Assembly: GCA_965240325.2 (NCBI GenBank)
Contig: OZ251236.1
Location: forward strand, 1,798,001-1,862,000
Origin: Rebecca billardiae RCC1528
Taxonomy: Eukaryota; Protista; Haptophyta
Direction of reading: 5' to 3'
DNA: 64,000 nucleotides
The position numbers were made by a program, and so were the translations under genes. Shown in pieces: positions 20,935 through 33,946 of the stretch (positions are counted from its first letter, which is position 1; each line of letters opens with the position of its first letter). Below the pieces are notes generated by a model. The model had not been told where the DNA came from, made no database searches, and saw only the letters and a program-made list of their open reading frames with translations.

Positions 20935-22095
20935 ATGAGCGCGGCCTCCCTCGCGAATGTCTTCAAGATGCTCTTGCCCGACATCGAGGTGGAGCCCCTG
21001 CGTGACGAATCGCGCTGCACTGCGTGCGATGCGACGGACCGCGACACGAAGATTTGTGAGCGCTGCCGGCGCGTGTGCTATTGCTCAAGAGAGTGTCAGC
21101 GCAATCACTGGCGGGCGAGGCACAAGGGCGACTGCCAGCCGCGTGAGGCTCGAGTGGCGCAGGTACTCGAACTGGCGAATGGGAGGCGGCCGACGCAAAA
21201 TGAGGAGGAGCAGGATGGCGTCGATTGGGACCTGAAGCCCGAGGTTGTCGGCGCTGCGCTCGAGGTGATGGGCGAGCGCGTGCACGCGGCCTACCTGCTG
21301 CTCGTGCTCCTCAAGACGGGCGGCATGGGCTTCGCCTCCGACGAGCTCCTCTGCGAAGTGATGTACGAGCTCACCGGCCGTCGCCTCACGCTCGCGGAGC
21401 TGTGCTCCGTCCGCGGCCTCGATCCGCAGATGCAGGCGGTGCACGCCAAGGTGACGTCCGAGAAGGACGCGAGAGCGGCGGCAAAGGAGGAGGCGATGCA
21501 GCCGGTGCTCGAGGCATGCACGCGGCTGCACGCGCTGATGGAGCACGACTGGATGCCGATCGCCTCCGTCGCGCGGTACAGCGGCCCCGACCGCCCGCAC
21601 CGCACCAACGCCGACCTGCTCGACTACCTGCACGCGCAGGTGCTCGAGCACGGCCCGGACAAGGCGCTGCGCTTCCTGTACTTCGTCGAGCACTGCCTCG
21701 AGCCGCCGTACCTGCAGCCGCCGCCGCAGGCCCTGCTCGACACGCTGCGCGACACCGTGCGCGGCGCGTTCATCCAGTACAGCCGCGCGCTCGAAGGGCC
21801 GGCGATGGAGGACGCGACGGATGGCGAGCACCTGGAGATCGCACGCAAGCGGGCGCGGGAGGAGTTCAAATTTCAGGTCGTCCGCTCCGGGTCACTGGGG
21901 AGGTCGCGCCGCGCCCCGCGGCAGCAGCCGGGTGGCCTCGAAGGCTGGCGCAGGCTCCCAGGCACATGGGACCCAGCCAGCAAGCGGCTCGCTCCGGGTC
22001 AGGCGCCGCTGGAGGTGACTGTGCTCGGCGCCACGCGCCAACCCCCGCAGGCGCAGCGCCAGCGCCGGCAGGCCCGCCGTCAGCGAACGCGGTGA
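20935..22095 (+). CDS. MYND-type zinc finger protein
   Basis: CTAC...CERCRRVCYCSRECQRNHWRARHKGDC. Confidence 0.88.
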   Translation: MSAASLANVFKMLLPDIEVEPLRDESRCTACDATDRDTKICERCRRVCYCSRECQRNHWRARHKGDCQPREARVAQVLELANGRRPTQNEEEQDGVDWDLKPEVVGAALEVMGERVHAAYLLLVLLKTGGMGFASDELLCEVMYELTGRRLTLAELCSVRGLDPQMQAVHAKVTSEKDARAAAKEEAMQPVLEACTRLHALMEHDWMPIASVARYSGPDRPHRTNADLLDYLHAQVLEHGPDKALRFLYFVEHCLEPPYLQPPPQALLDTLRDTVRGAFIQYSRALEGPAMEDATDGEHLEIARKRAREEFKFQVVRSGSLGRSRRAPRQQPGGLEGWRRLPGTWDPASKRLAPGQAPLEVTVLGATRQPPQAQRQRRQARRQRTR

Positions 22096-22380
22096 TGATT
22101 CAGACTACGCCATATATGATGATTTAAAAGTTCCATCAAGCTTGCGCGCGTCGAGGGCGCACGGAATAGTCGCATACATCGTCGTCATCAGCAGCAGCGC
22201 CAATCATTATATATATATATTATAATATATATTATATAATATTTAAATATTATATTGCTGTAGTCGTCACGCGACGACGCGCCGCTGAACGGCGCTGAAA
22301 CGATCGTCACGTCGGACTGCCGGTCATCGGACTCACTCGCCACTCGGATATATGCATGTCATCATCATCGTCTCATATGA

Positions 22381-24331
22381 TCAGAACCGGGTCATGTCTC
22401 GGCCGAAGAGCGCAGTCTTGGCCCAGTCGAAGGCGACGAGGATGCGGTTGCGCACGGCCACCTGCTTCACGATGTACACCGAGCGCCACAGCAGGAAGCC
22501 CGCCGAGCCCGCGCCCTGGAAGAGCTGGCTGTCGCCAAGCTCGACCTGCGCGAGCGCCTCGCCGCCGCCGATCGCCGCGAGGATGCCCAGGTTGAGGAAG
22601 CTGAACTTGGGCGCGCGCTCGAGGCCGCGCAGCCGGACCCACACGTTGGCCGCCTTGTTCCAGAACTCGGTCACCGCGTCGGCGACCACGGGCTTGGGCG
22701 GCGCGAGCGCGGGCGGCGTGGCGGACAGGTCGTAGTCGCGGTTGAGCATGCGCGCAATGTACGCACCCTGCTGCGCGGCCACCTGCGCCGTCTGCGGCAG
22801 CGGCGCGCACACGCCGCTCCTCGCGGCCTCGGCCAGCGCGTCCTCGAGCGCGTCGTCGTCGCACACGTACGCGGCGTCGCCCATCGCGAGGATCGAGCCG
22901 GGGCGCGCGGCCGAGCCGCGCCCGCTGCTGGGTCCGTCGGCGCCCTCGACGCGCACGCGCAGCCAGTTGTCCACCGCCACGCGCCCGTCCGGCGCGCGCG
23001 CGATCGGCGGCAGCGCGTCGAGCAGCGAGGAGACGAAGGGCACCTGCGAGTTGCCCGCGCACCACACGACCAGCCCGCACGGGATCGACTCCTGCGCCTC
23101 CGACGTCTTCGGCCGGATCACGATCCGCTCCGCCTCCACGGCCTCGACGCGCACGCCGGTGCGCACGCGCACGCCGCGCCGCTCGAGCCCCGCGCGCGCC
23201 TCCGTCCGCAGCTCCGGGTCGAACTGCATGAGCAGCTCGTCGGCGCCCTGCATGACGGAGACGCGCGTGAGCGGCGCGAGGCGCGGGTACACGCGCACCG
23301 CCTCGCGGATGAAGTCGGTGAACTCGCCCGCCAGCTCGACGCCCGTCGGCCCGCCGCCGACGATCACAAAGTGCAGCAGCCGGAACTTTTCAGACTTGTC
23401 CAAGCCGGGCAGCGCGGCGAGGTCGAACGCCTCCGAGACGGCGCGGCGCAGGCGCTGCGCGTCCTCGATCTGCTTGAGCTTGAAGCAGTGCTCCTCCGCG
23501 CCCGGCACGCGCGAGGCCGAGACCTGCGCGCCGCACGCCACCACCAGCGTGTCGTACCGCAGCCGCACGCGCTCGGGCGCGCCCGCGGCGGCGGCGCCCT
23601 CGGCGGGCCGATCGCCGCCCGTCCGCCGCCGCCCGCTGAGCAGCGGCGCGAGCTCGACGTCCAGCGTGCGCGCCGCCGGGTCGGCGCCGACGGCGGAGCC
23701 CTCGATGTACTCGACGAGCGGGTTGCTCACGCGCACGGGCTCGGTGATCGAGCGGTACTCCACCGTGCCCACCGCCGAGGCGGCGAGCATCTGCGGCGCG
23801 CGCCGTCCGGGCCGACGGCGCGGGCGGGGGCGTGCGCGTGAGGCCGGGGGCGGCGAGTGTGCGGCGCGGCGCGCGCAGCGCGCGGCGCACCGGCGTGAAG
23901 ACAAAGTGGTTGACCGGCGAGACCACGAGCACGCGGAAGAGGGACACGTCGATGATCTTCATGAGCGCGTGCGAGGACCAGCCCGTGCCGAGCACCACGA
24001 CGGTCGGCCGCTCGTCAGACGGGTCGTCCCACAGCGGCGGCAGGGGCGCGTCCTCGCTCGTGTCGGCGGCCTCGGCGCCGAGGCGCCGGATGTGCAGCAG
24101 CGCATCCTCGAACGTGTCGAGCGTCTTCGAGCTGACCGTCACGAGGTCGTCGACGAGCGCCGCGCGCGGCGCGGCGCGGCGCGCGCGTGCGACGCCGCGC
24201 GTGGCCCGAGCGGCGCGACCGACGGAGCGCAGGGCCGACGGTGATTGGCTGGCGATGCGAAACGCGTCCGACCCAGGCGGCTTGCAGACGCCCGCCATCA
24301 ATGCCGCGACGAGGATCCCCACACGCGCCAT
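22381..24331 (-). CDS. Type II NAD(P)H:quinone oxidoreductase (NDH-2), probably plastid-targeted; 1 intron (23791-23890)
   Basis: [15 protein letters not shown]|[68 protein letters not shown]. Confidence 0.93.
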
Positions 24332-24901
24332 CAGGGCGGAGGCCGCGCGGCGGCGGGGCCGAAGGACGGGCGGTCGCGAACGACCCGAGATGACGAGAGT
24401 GCTGACCGAGTGACCGGCGAGATCTCGGAGATCTGAGATATTATCTGGAGATCGCTGACGAATATTCTGTGGGCGAACGATCGCACGATGTCTGCCGCCG
24501 GATGCACGCCGCAGTGCCGCACCCCGGGGTCATCTGGCGACTGCGGCCCGATGGATCATGGACGGAGGGCGCCGCTTGCACACAAAGCTTCATGGACCAC
24601 GACACCTGCACTCGGGCCGTCGCAAGACATGCGCCTGCTATCGGCGACGGGCGCTGCGGCGCAGATGGCGATGGTGCGCGGCAGGCGCCGCCTCGGATTC
24701 GCCCCGCAATCGCCCAATCGGGCGGAGCCGCGGGTGGTCCGGTCCTGATCACGTGGCGATGGCCATGCGCATCTGTGCGCCGTGCACCGGGGACGGGTAC
24801 GCCGCGTGGGCGCGGTTGCGAGGCCAGTGAGCCGACGCAGCGCAGGCGCGCGCTCGCGGGGTGGGCGGCGCGCGCTGCCGACACCGCGCGCGCACAGCCG
24901 C

Positions 24902-27900
24902 TCAGCCGCTCACCGACTGCGTGCTGGCGAGCCTCCGCGGCGCGCGCGTGCTCGCGCGCTTGGCCGCGGAGCCGTTCTTGTCGGCCGACGGCGGCACCGC
25001 GCTGCGCGCGCTGGACGAGCACAGCGCGAGCAGCTCGGCGAGCTCCGCCTCGCGCGCCGCGCCGACCGCGTGGACGGCCGGCTTGAGCTCAGCGTCCAGC
25101 TCATCAGCGTCCGCACCGTCCGCACACTCCGCCTGGCCGAGGCCGTTGGCGCCCGCCCACTTGGACGCGAGCTTGAGGGCGCTGCGCTCGAGCAGCGTGT
25201 CCGGCCCGGTCGCGACGGCGAGCAGCGCGCGCAGCTCCTGCGCACGGCGTGGGCGTGGGCGGCGGCGCGGTGGGCGGGGGCAGGGCGGGCGGGCGTGGCG
25301 CGCGCGCGCTCGGCGCGGCGCACCTCCGCCTGCGCCTCGGGCACGTTCTCGGCGCTGTAGCCCAGCGCGCCGAGCGCCTTGGCGAGCGGCGGCACGTGCG
25401 CGCCCTCCGGCTCGAGGTACAGCTCGCGCGCGATCTCGAGCGCCAGCTGCGCGTGCAGCGCCTCGCCAGCGAACGAGGCGACGTAGGGCGCGAGCTGGTC
25501 CACGCACACGCCCGCCCACGCCGTGCGGCGCGGCGCCGCGCACGCGGCGCGCGCGCTCACGACGAGCGCGTGCGCGAGGAGCTGGCGCTGGCGCTCGGCC
25601 TGGAAGCTCTCGAAGAAGCGCTGCACGAACTGCCGCATCTCGCCGAGGCACGCCTCCTCCGCCTCGTCCGCGGGCGACACCACCTCGTCCGCGGGCGGTG
25701 CGCCGTGCGCGCCGCCGCCGCCGCCGTCTGCAAAGAGCGCGCAGAGCGCGGTGCACACGGCGCGCACGCGCTGCGCGGGCGGCACGCGCTCGAGGAGGAG
25801 GAGCTTGCACAGCGCCTGCGCCGCCGCGGCCTGCGCGGCGGGCTCGCGCGCGCCGCCGTCGCGCACGGCGACGCGGCACAGCACCGCCACGCACTCGGCG
25901 ACGATCGCCTCGCCCGCGGCGCCCTGCTCGGCCGCGCTCGGCGGCGGCGCGCCCGGCGGCGGCGGCGGCGCGAGCTGCGCGGGCGTGTAGGCGCAGAGCA
26001 CGTCGGAGAGCGCGCGGAGCGCGGCGGCCTTGACGGTGGTCGTGTCGCGCGCGGCGACCTGCACGAGCAGCCGCCAGAACCGCGCGGCCACGTGCGCGCC
26101 GAGCGCGCACGCCAGCCCGAGGCAGCAGGCGGCCAGCTCGCGCACCGCGTCGGCCGCGTTCTGCAGCGCGGGCAGGATGAGCGCGGCCAGCAGCCCGTGC
26201 AGCTCAGCGGCGCGCATGTCGGCGGTGGTGGCCTTGAGCAGCGCGGCGGTGAGGCGCAGCGCGCAGATCGTGTTCGAGATCGCCTCCGCGCCCCCGCCCA
26301 CGCGCCGCGCCGCCTCGGGCGCGCTCGCCTCGTGCGCCGCCACCTGCGCCTCGAGCTCGGCGAGGTCGCGCGTCAGCATGGCCGCCGCGTCCGCGTCGCC
26401 CAGCGCGGCGCATGAGGCGAGCTGCGACTTGAGCTCGCCCACCCGGCCGAGGAGGGCGTCGAGCTGGCGCGCGTGCGCCTCCTCGGCGGTCTCCTCCCCC
26501 TCGCCCGCCTCCTCGCCGCCGCCCTCGCCCTCCTCCGCCGCCTCCGCCCCCTCCGCCGCCTCGTCCGCGCCGAGCGGGTCTGCGAGCTCTGAGATGAGCT
26601 CGGTGGCGGCGCGCACAAAGGACGTCTCGCTCTCGTGCGTGCCGCGCAGCAGCTCGAGGGCGGAGGCGAGGATGGGCGCGGCGTCGGCGGAGGCGGCGAG
26701 CTCGTGCGAGCCGAGCAGCTCGCGCGCGAGCGCGCCGAGCTGCCGCCGCCCCGCCTCGTCCGACCAGTCCAGCACGCGCGCGATGGGCAGCAGCTCGCGC
26801 ACGACGCACGGCGCACCGGCCGCGTGCGCGGCGCGCACTGCGGCCGCGTACGCCGGCACGTCCGGCGCGCACGCCTCGAGGGCGGCCTTGTCGCGCGCCG
26901 AGCCGGCGGCGAGCGCGGTGTACCGCACGCGCAGCAGCAGCGCCTGCTCCACCGAGAGGCCGCGCCCGCCCGCCGCGCCCGCCCACACCTCCCCGCCCCC
27001 CAGCCAGGCGGGCGTGTGCGCGCCCTCGAGCAGCCGCGCCGCCGCGAGCTCGGCCTCGGGCGCGGCGCCCTCGACGTCGAGTGCGCCGAGCAGCTTGAGC
27101 GCGTCGTTGCCGGACTTGCGCAGCCAGTGCGTGCGGAGCATCTCGGAACACGCCGCGCGCACGCCCTCGTCGCGGTCGCGCAGCCCGTCGCGCAGAAGCG
27201 CCACGCGCTGCGCGATCGTGAGCCACTTGGGGTCAAGCTTGGCGCCGATCACCGAGTAGGCGTGCACGCGCACCTCGGGCTTGGTGTCGCGCGCGCGGCG
27301 CAGGATGTGCGGCAGCGTGTGGCGCGAGAGGCCGATGCAGCCGAGCGCGACGCGGCGGACCTCGGCGCTGCTGTCGCTGCCCATCAGCCGCAGCAGCTCC
27401 GCCGTCACCACGTCGTCCCGCTCCGTCGGCACCTGCAGGCGGTGCAGCGCGTTGGCGGCATGCAGCCGCACCAGCGGCACCTTGTCCGAGCACCGCGAGA
27501 CCATCGCGCTCTGGATGGCGTCGAAGAGCTCGTCGCTGAGCTCGGCGTCCTCGGGCATGGCGTTCATGATCTGCGCGACCATCTGCGTCGCGCGGAAGCG
27601 CACGGCCTTGTCCTTGCACTCGTGGTGCGCCACGAGGTGCTCGAGCTGCGCGATAGCGCGCGCGCGCCGCCGCGGGCGCGCGGGTCGGCGGGCGGGCGCG
27701 GCGGGCCGGGCGGCGCGCGGGCGCGCGCGCGCGCACCATGAACGTCAGCATGTCGTCGCCCTCGGCCTCGCTCGGCTCGCCCTCGCCATCGCCGCACGCG
27801 GCGGCGGTGGTGAGGGCGACGAGGAACTGCACGAGCCGCTCGACCGCCGGCTCGCGCTTGTACACGAGCAGGGCGCAGTTCACGCACTTGAGCAGCTCCT

Positions 27901-28018
27901 CGCGGAAGGCCGCCTCGCCGAGCTTCGCGCGCTGCGCGCTCAGCGCCTTGGCGCACTTCTTGTGCGTCGCGAGGCTGCGCTGCGCCTCGGTCCACACGGC
28001 CGAGAGGCCCGACGGCAT
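24902..28018 (-). CDS. NCAPG: Condensin I HEAT subunit CAP-G; introns 27646-27736 and 25238-25323
   Basis: AQRSLATHKK, KREPAVER, KDKAVRFRATQ, DKVPLVR, DSSAEVRR, RARD...VR, GLRDRD, DWSDEAGRR, ALCKLLL, RQFVQRFF. Confidence 0.88.
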
Positions 28019-28665
28019 GGCGTCTGCTGCGGAGCGGATTTCAAATCTCTCCCCCCTCGACAAAAGTCCGGGGACGTTCCTTCACTCTTGAACGTCGCGG
28101 AATCTTACTCTTCTTGCGGTCGGAACGTCGGAAGAACCGCGAACGTTCTCCAGCCCGAGCGGCCGATTACCCCCATAATATGGGGGTTTTCAGCAGATTT
28201 CTTTTTCCGCGGGGCGACGAGCGCTTCGTCCAGGTTCCCCGGCTTCACGCGCGCTCGTCGGGAAGTCCTCGTCAGCGGTGCTTCCTGCGGCACCCGGCCC
28301 GAAAGAATGTGCCGCGCTGGGAGCCTCGCACGGGCAGCAGTAGTTATTCCGTCTGAGTCTGTAACAGAGATTCACAGCTGGCACAGGCGCTCAGCGATGG
28401 CAACTGAGTGTCGGATCGGGCCGCCGACCCCCGCCGCGGCCACGGACTGCCGCGGGCCGGAGTCGGCCGCACGTGCCCGTCAGCCGGCGCCGGATCTGAG
28501 AGCGGCGGCCGATCCGGGGCAGGCACGCGCGGCGTGGTGCTGTGACATGGATCCGACAAGCGTTCGCACGGCAGACCGGAAGTCGACCATCCGAAGCCCG
28601 CCGGAGGCGTCGCGCCCGCCTCCGGCGCACGACCATCGGCTCGGCGCCCGCGCCCAGCTCTGCGC

Positions 28666-30974
28666 CTAATCGTCGTCCTCATCCGGCGCCGCGAACTTGG
28701 CGGCGAGCTCCTTCTCAATGTTCGGCGGCACGAGGTCGTACTTTGCGATCTCCATCGCGTACGAGGCGCGCCCCTTGGTGAGCGAGCGCAGCGAGGAGAC
28801 GTACTGGAACATCTCGGAGAGGGGCACCATCGCCTTCACGAGCTTGACGCCGCCGCGCTTGTCCAGCAGCTCCTGCACCATGCCGCGGCGCGAGTTGATG
28901 TCGCCGATCACGTCGCCCATCGACTCCTCCGGCGTCGTCACGTCCACCTGCATGATCGGCTCCATCAGCTTCGCCTGCGCCGCGCGCAGCCCCTTGCGCG
29001 CGGCCGCGCGCCCCGCAATCTCAAACGCCAGCACGGAGGAGTCGACCTCGTGGTAGCTGCCGTCCACCAGCGTGGCCTTGAGGCCGATCACCGGGAAGCC
29101 CGCCACCACGCCCGCGCCCATCACCGACTCGAGGCCCTGCGGAGGGGGGGCGTGGCCGCGCGGGCGGCGCGGGGCGGCATGCGTGTGAGCCATCGGCGGC
29201 CGCGCGCGGCGCGCGCTCGCGCCCGCGGCCACGACCGCGCGCGCGCGCGCCCGCGGCGCGCGTGCGCGCACCTTGCTCACGCCGGGGATGTACTCCTTGG
29301 GCACCGAGCCGCCCTTGATGTCCGACTCGAACTGGAAGCCCTCCGCGCCGTCCTCCAGCGGCTCGAACTTGATCTTCACCTTGGCGAACTGCCCCGAGCC
29401 GCCCGACTGCTTCTTGTGCGTGTGCTCGATCTCGGTCGGCTTGGTGATCGCCTCGCGGTACGCGACCTGCGGTGCGCCCACGTTCGCCTCGACCTTAAAC
29501 TCGCGCTTCATCCGGTCGACGATGATCTCGAGGTGCAGCTCGCCCATCCCGCTGATCACGGTCTGGCCCGACTCCTCGTCGCGCTTGAAGCGGAACGACG
29601 GGTCCTCCTGCGCGAGCTTGATGAGCGCGTCCGTCATCTTCTCCATGTCGCCCTGCGCACGCGCACGCACACACGCACACGCGCACACGCGCACACGCGC
29701 ACACGCGAGGGAGCGCACACGCGCGCGCGGGCAGAGCGGGGTGAGGCGACGGACGGGAGCGAGCGGAGGGCGGCGCGCTGCACGCGCGGCGCGCGAGGGG
29801 CCACGCCACCGCCGCCACCGAGCCTCCGCCCCGCGTGCCGCCCCCTTCCCCCGCGCCCCTCCGTGTGCGCGCGCGCGCTGTGTGCGCTGTGCGCTGCACC
29901 TTGGTCTTGGGCTCGACCGCAACGGAGATCACGGGCTCGGGGAAGTCCATCTTCTCGAGGATGACGGCCTTGGTCGGGTCGCAGAGCGTCTCGCCGGTGG
30001 TGGTGTCCTTGCAGCCCACGAGCGCGATGATGTCCCCCGCGAACGCCTCGTCGATGTCCGTGCGGTCGTTGGCGTTCATCTCGAGCATGCGGCCGATGCG
30101 CTCCTTCTTGCCCTTGACGGAGTTGAGCACGGTCTCGCCCTTCTTGAGCGTGCCCGAGTAGATGCGCGCAAAGGTGAGCGAGCCGACGAAGGGGTCGGTG
30201 GCGATCTTGAAGGCGAGCGCGGCGAAGGGCTCAGCGTCCGACGACGGGCGCGTCATCTGCTTCTCCGCGTCGTCCGGGTCGACGCCCTTGATCGCCTCCA
30301 CGTCGGTGGGCGCGGGCATGTAGTCGACGACCGCGTCGAGCAGCGGCTGCACGCCCTTGTTCTTGAACGCGGTGCCGAGCAGCACGGGGACGAAGGCGCC
30401 GGTGAGCGTGCCCTGGCGGATGAGGCGCTTGAGCGTGGCCTCGTCCGGCTCCTCCCCCTCCAGGTACGCCATCATCACGTCCTCGTCCATCTCCACCGCC
30501 AGCTCGATCAGCCCCTCGCGGTACGCGGCCGCCTTCTCCGCGAGATCGGCCGGGATGTCGACGTAGTCGTACGAGGCGCCCAGGTCCTCGGAGTTCCAGA
30601 TGATGGCCTTCATCAGCACGAGGTCGACGACGCCGGCGAAGTCGGCCTCGTTGCCCACGGGCAGCTGCAGCACCGCCGGCTTTGCGCCGAGGTTCTGCTT
30701 GATCATGTCCACGCAGTTGTAGAAGTCGGCGCCCGTGCGGTCCATCTTGTTCACAAAGCACATCCGCGGCACGCCGTACTTGTCGGCCTGGCGCCAGACG
30801 GTCTCGGACTGCGGCTCGACGCCCGAGACGCCGTCGAAGACCGCGACCGCGCCGTCGAGCACGCGCAGCGAGCGCTCCACCTCCAGCGTGAAGTCCACGT
30901 GCCCGGGCGTGTCGATGATGTTGATGCGGTGGTCGTCCCAGTAGCACGTCGTCGCGGCGGACGTGATCGTGATG

Positions 30975-31007
<33 letters not shown>

Positions 31008-31276
31008 GTGGCGCCGCCGTCGTGCACCTCGCCGATCTTCCTCGTCTTGCCCGTGTAGTACAGGATGCGCTCCGTCGTCGTCGTCTTGCCCGCGTCGATG
31101 TGCGCCATGATGCCAATGTTGCGGTACTTCTCGAGGGCGACGGTGCGGCCGGTGGTGGTGGTCATCACGGGCGAGGCGGCGGACGCGCGCGAGGCGGACA
31201 CGCGACTCCGGCTCACGGGCGCCGACGGCCCGCCGAAGCCGAGCGTCAGGCACGTCGCGGCGAACACGAGCATCAT
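28666..31276 (-). CDS. fusA: Plastid translation elongation factor G; introns 29653-29899 and 29137-29271
   Basis: [69 protein letters not shown]. Bipartite-type leader. Confidence 0.97.
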
Positions 31277-31583
31277 GGTCGCGCCCGGCCGGAGAGAGCG
31301 AGAGTCTCCAGCACCTTCACCGGCCACGTGATGAGCCCCAGCAGATTGTTTTGATGCCCGCGCGAGCGCTCTCTTGCGCCAACGCGGCCGGACGGCCGCG
31401 ATGACGTTGATTTCCGCGTTCGCGCGACCGAGGCCCGCGATTCCCGTGCCCAGCCACAGTCCGGGCCCCCGATGTCTCACTCCCGGACTGGTCGACCAAC
31501 GGTGATGGACTTCGGCGAGGCTATTCGGCCTGCGGAGGGTCGCGGAGCGCGCGCGCGTTCTTATCCCGAGTGCCGGTTGACCG

Positions 31584-32303
31584 ATGCGCCGTCGACCGCA
31601 CGCCGTCGCGCTCGGCGTGATGGGGGTGCTCGCGCTGGCGCGAGCGGCTCCGACGGCGCCTGTCTCAGGCGATGGCTCCTCCGTCGACTGGCGCAAGTTC
31701 ATCCCCGACGCCATCCGCGGCATGATGCCGCCGGAGGACGGGAGCGCGGACGGCGGCGGCAAGGGCAAGAAGTCCAAGTGGAAGCCGGCGCCCAACTCGA
31801 CCGCCAACAAGTCGGCGTGGATACCGGAGCCGTTCCGTAAGCCGTCGCCGCCTCCTGCCCCCCAGATCCCGCCGCCGGCACCGGCACCGCCGCCTCCGCC
31901 GCCCGCGTCGACCCCGCCGCCGACACCGCTCCCCGGGGCGCCCCCGCCGACGCCTCTGCCCCGGGCGCCGCCGCCGACAAGCCCGCCTCCCGCGGACACG
32001 GTGCTCCTGCAGGCCTCGGCACGCGTGCAGGTGCGTGGCGATGGCAGCCGCTCCGGCCTGAGCGCGCGCGCCGCCAGCCTTCTCCCGGGCGTGCTCATCA
32101 TCTCCGCCGGGGCGGCCATCGGCTACGCGGCCGCCAAGCGCGCTGCCCTCGGCTCGCGCCTTCCGCAGGCGGTGCGCGACCGGGTCTCGTCGGGCGGGAT
32201 CGAAGGCGGCCTCGCGCGCGCCACGCTGCTTGGGCCGTCCGAGGGCCTGGAGGTCGCCGACCACTACCAGCAGCTCGTCACCGACCGCGGCACTCCGCTG
32301 TGA
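31584..32303 (+). CDS. Small secreted/single-pass proline-rich protein
   Basis: Signal peptide, poly-Pro segment, C-terminal hydrophobic helix ([19 protein letters not shown]). Confidence 0.65.
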   Translation: MRRRPHAVALGVMGVLALARAAPTAPVSGDGSSVDWRKFIPDAIRGMMPPEDGSADGGGKGKKSKWKPAPNSTANKSAWIPEPFRKPSPPPAPQIPPPAPAPPPPPPASTPPPTPLPGAPPPTPLPRAPPPTSPPPADTVLLQASARVQVRGDGSRSGLSARAASLLPGVLIISAGAAIGYAAAKRAALGSRLPQAVRDRVSSGGIEGGLARATLLGPSEGLEVADHYQQLVTDRGTPL

Positions 32304-32636
32304 AGTGTTGTAACGGCAAGGCGTCTTATACAGTCTGGGAGCTCTGACTGCGAGTGAAATGTTTGTTTGAGTTGAGTCATCAGTGCCTGTGTCTTTAAAT
32401 CATAGAATTAGTCAAGGGCCTTGGTTGAGTGTTAGCTCGTGAAGCGATGAATTAGAATGGATTAGAATGTTGAGCGCAAGTTCCGGTGGCTGGCGGTGAG
32501 TTTCGTGAATCGGCAATCGCCAGACCGTCACGCCGCTGACTGAGTGTGACTCTTACGCCCGAGGACGGCGGGCGCGCCCGCGGACGGGTGGGGGCGTCGG
32601 CAGGGGGTGGAGCGAGCGCGCGGAGAGAGGGACAGC

Positions 32637-33692
32637 ATGTCGACCGCCGACGAGGCGTCCATGTGTCGCATCTGCTGGGAGGCGCCCGAGGGCGACGCCG
32701 ACGCCGACGCCGCCGAGGGCGCCCAGAGCGCCGAGGCGCTCGTCTCGCCGTGCGAGTGCAAGGGCACGCAGAAGCACGTGCACCTCAGCTGCCTGCAGCG
32801 CTGGCGCGTGCACAGCGGCCGCCCCGGGCGCTGCCCGATCTGCCGCACCGCGTACACCGTGCCCCTCCTCCGCCGCGGCGTGCGCGCCGAGGCGACGCGC
32901 GCGCTGAGCTTTGCGACGCGGCTCGCCCTCGTCGTGGGCACGGCGATGCTGCTGCTGCCGCCGCACGTCTCGCTCACGGCCGTCGCGCTCGGCGCGATGG
33001 CGTGGCACATGCGCGCGCTGCTCCTCGCGCCCATCGCCTGGCACTGCGACCCCGTCCCCGGCCTGCACGCCGGGCAGCTGCTCGTGGCCACGCAGCACGT
33101 CCCGCCCACATCCATCTTCCACCGCTCGGTGGTGCTGCTCACGGCCTACTCGGCCGACGGGGGCGCGGCGGGGCTGATCGTCAACGCGCTCGAGCCTGCG
33201 CGCGAGGAGGCGGCGGCGCGTGAGGCCGAGGGCGCGCAGCCGCGCCCCGCGCGCATGCCGCGCGCGATGGGCGTGGGCGGGCCGATCGCCCCGGGGCAGG
33301 TGCACACGCTGCTGCGGCTGCGCGCGCGCGAGCAGGATCAGGATCAGGATCAGGATCAGGATCAGGCCGGGGGGCAGCGGCTGGGCGGCGCGGCGCTGGG
33401 CGCGCACGACGCCGACGCCGATGGGCTCGAGGAGCTGCTGCCGGGCGTGGCCGTGCGCATGCGACCCCCGTGGCCGCGCGACGGCGCGCCCGCGCCGCCC
33501 GGCACCGCCTTTGAGTTTGAGCTGCTCGGCCGAGCGAGCTGGGCGCCGCGCCAGCTCGACAGCGAGCTGCGGCGCGGCGCGTGGCTCCTGTGCGCGGCCG
33601 ACGCGCACCTCGTCTTCGAGGCGCCGCGCGCGACGCTGTGGCAGGTGCTCGCGTCGGAGGGCTGGCGCCACCTGCCCGTGGGCGATGCGTGA
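32637..33692 (+). CDS. RING-CH (RINGv/MARCH-type) zinc finger + TM + DUF179 (YqgE/AlgH)-like fusion protein
   Basis: CRICWE...LVSPCECKGTQKHVHLSCLQRW...CPIC. Then GQLLVA...IFHRSVVLL...GAAGLIVN...GGP...LGRASWAPRQLDSELRRGAW...LW. Confidence 0.85.
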   Translation: MSTADEASMCRICWEAPEGDADADAAEGAQSAEALVSPCECKGTQKHVHLSCLQRWRVHSGRPGRCPICRTAYTVPLLRRGVRAEATRALSFATRLALVVGTAMLLLPPHVSLTAVALGAMAWHMRALLLAPIAWHCDPVPGLHAGQLLVATQHVPPTSIFHRSVVLLTAYSADGGAAGLIVNALEPAREEAAAREAEGAQPRPARMPRAMGVGGPIAPGQVHTLLRLRAREQDQDQDQDQDQAGGQRLGGAALGAHDADADGLEELLPGVAVRMRPPWPRDGAPAPPGTAFEFELLGRASWAPRQLDSELRRGAWLLCAADAHLVFEAPRATLWQVLASEGWRHLPVGDA

Positions 33693-33946
33693 CGCGCGGC
33701 GCACTCGATGGCGCACGCCACCACCTGGCAGCGCTTTGTCCGAGGCGGCGCGACCGAGTTTTACTATACTAGAACTAGTCTTATTATAGCTGCTGCACCG
33801 CGCTGACTGCGACGCTGTGGCGCGCACGTCAACATGTTGAGCGACTGCTAATTCTATGCGCGCATGATGTCGTACGTAGACGTAGTACTAGATGCCGCCT
33901 CTGACTTAGTAACCGAGTAAGAGCCGTGATATATATATATATATAT

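Noticed and set aside
7710-28018. Mitotic gene cluster (Aurora + CAP-G) or plastid gene cluster (HO1, NDH-2, EF-G)
   Set aside because: Separated by unrelated genes; chance co-occurrence in a gene-dense genome is sufficient.
28666-31276. Bacterial contamination or recent HGT suggested by bacterial-like fusA
   Set aside because: It has two spliceosomal introns and a targeting leader, as expected for a nuclear-encoded plastid EF-G.
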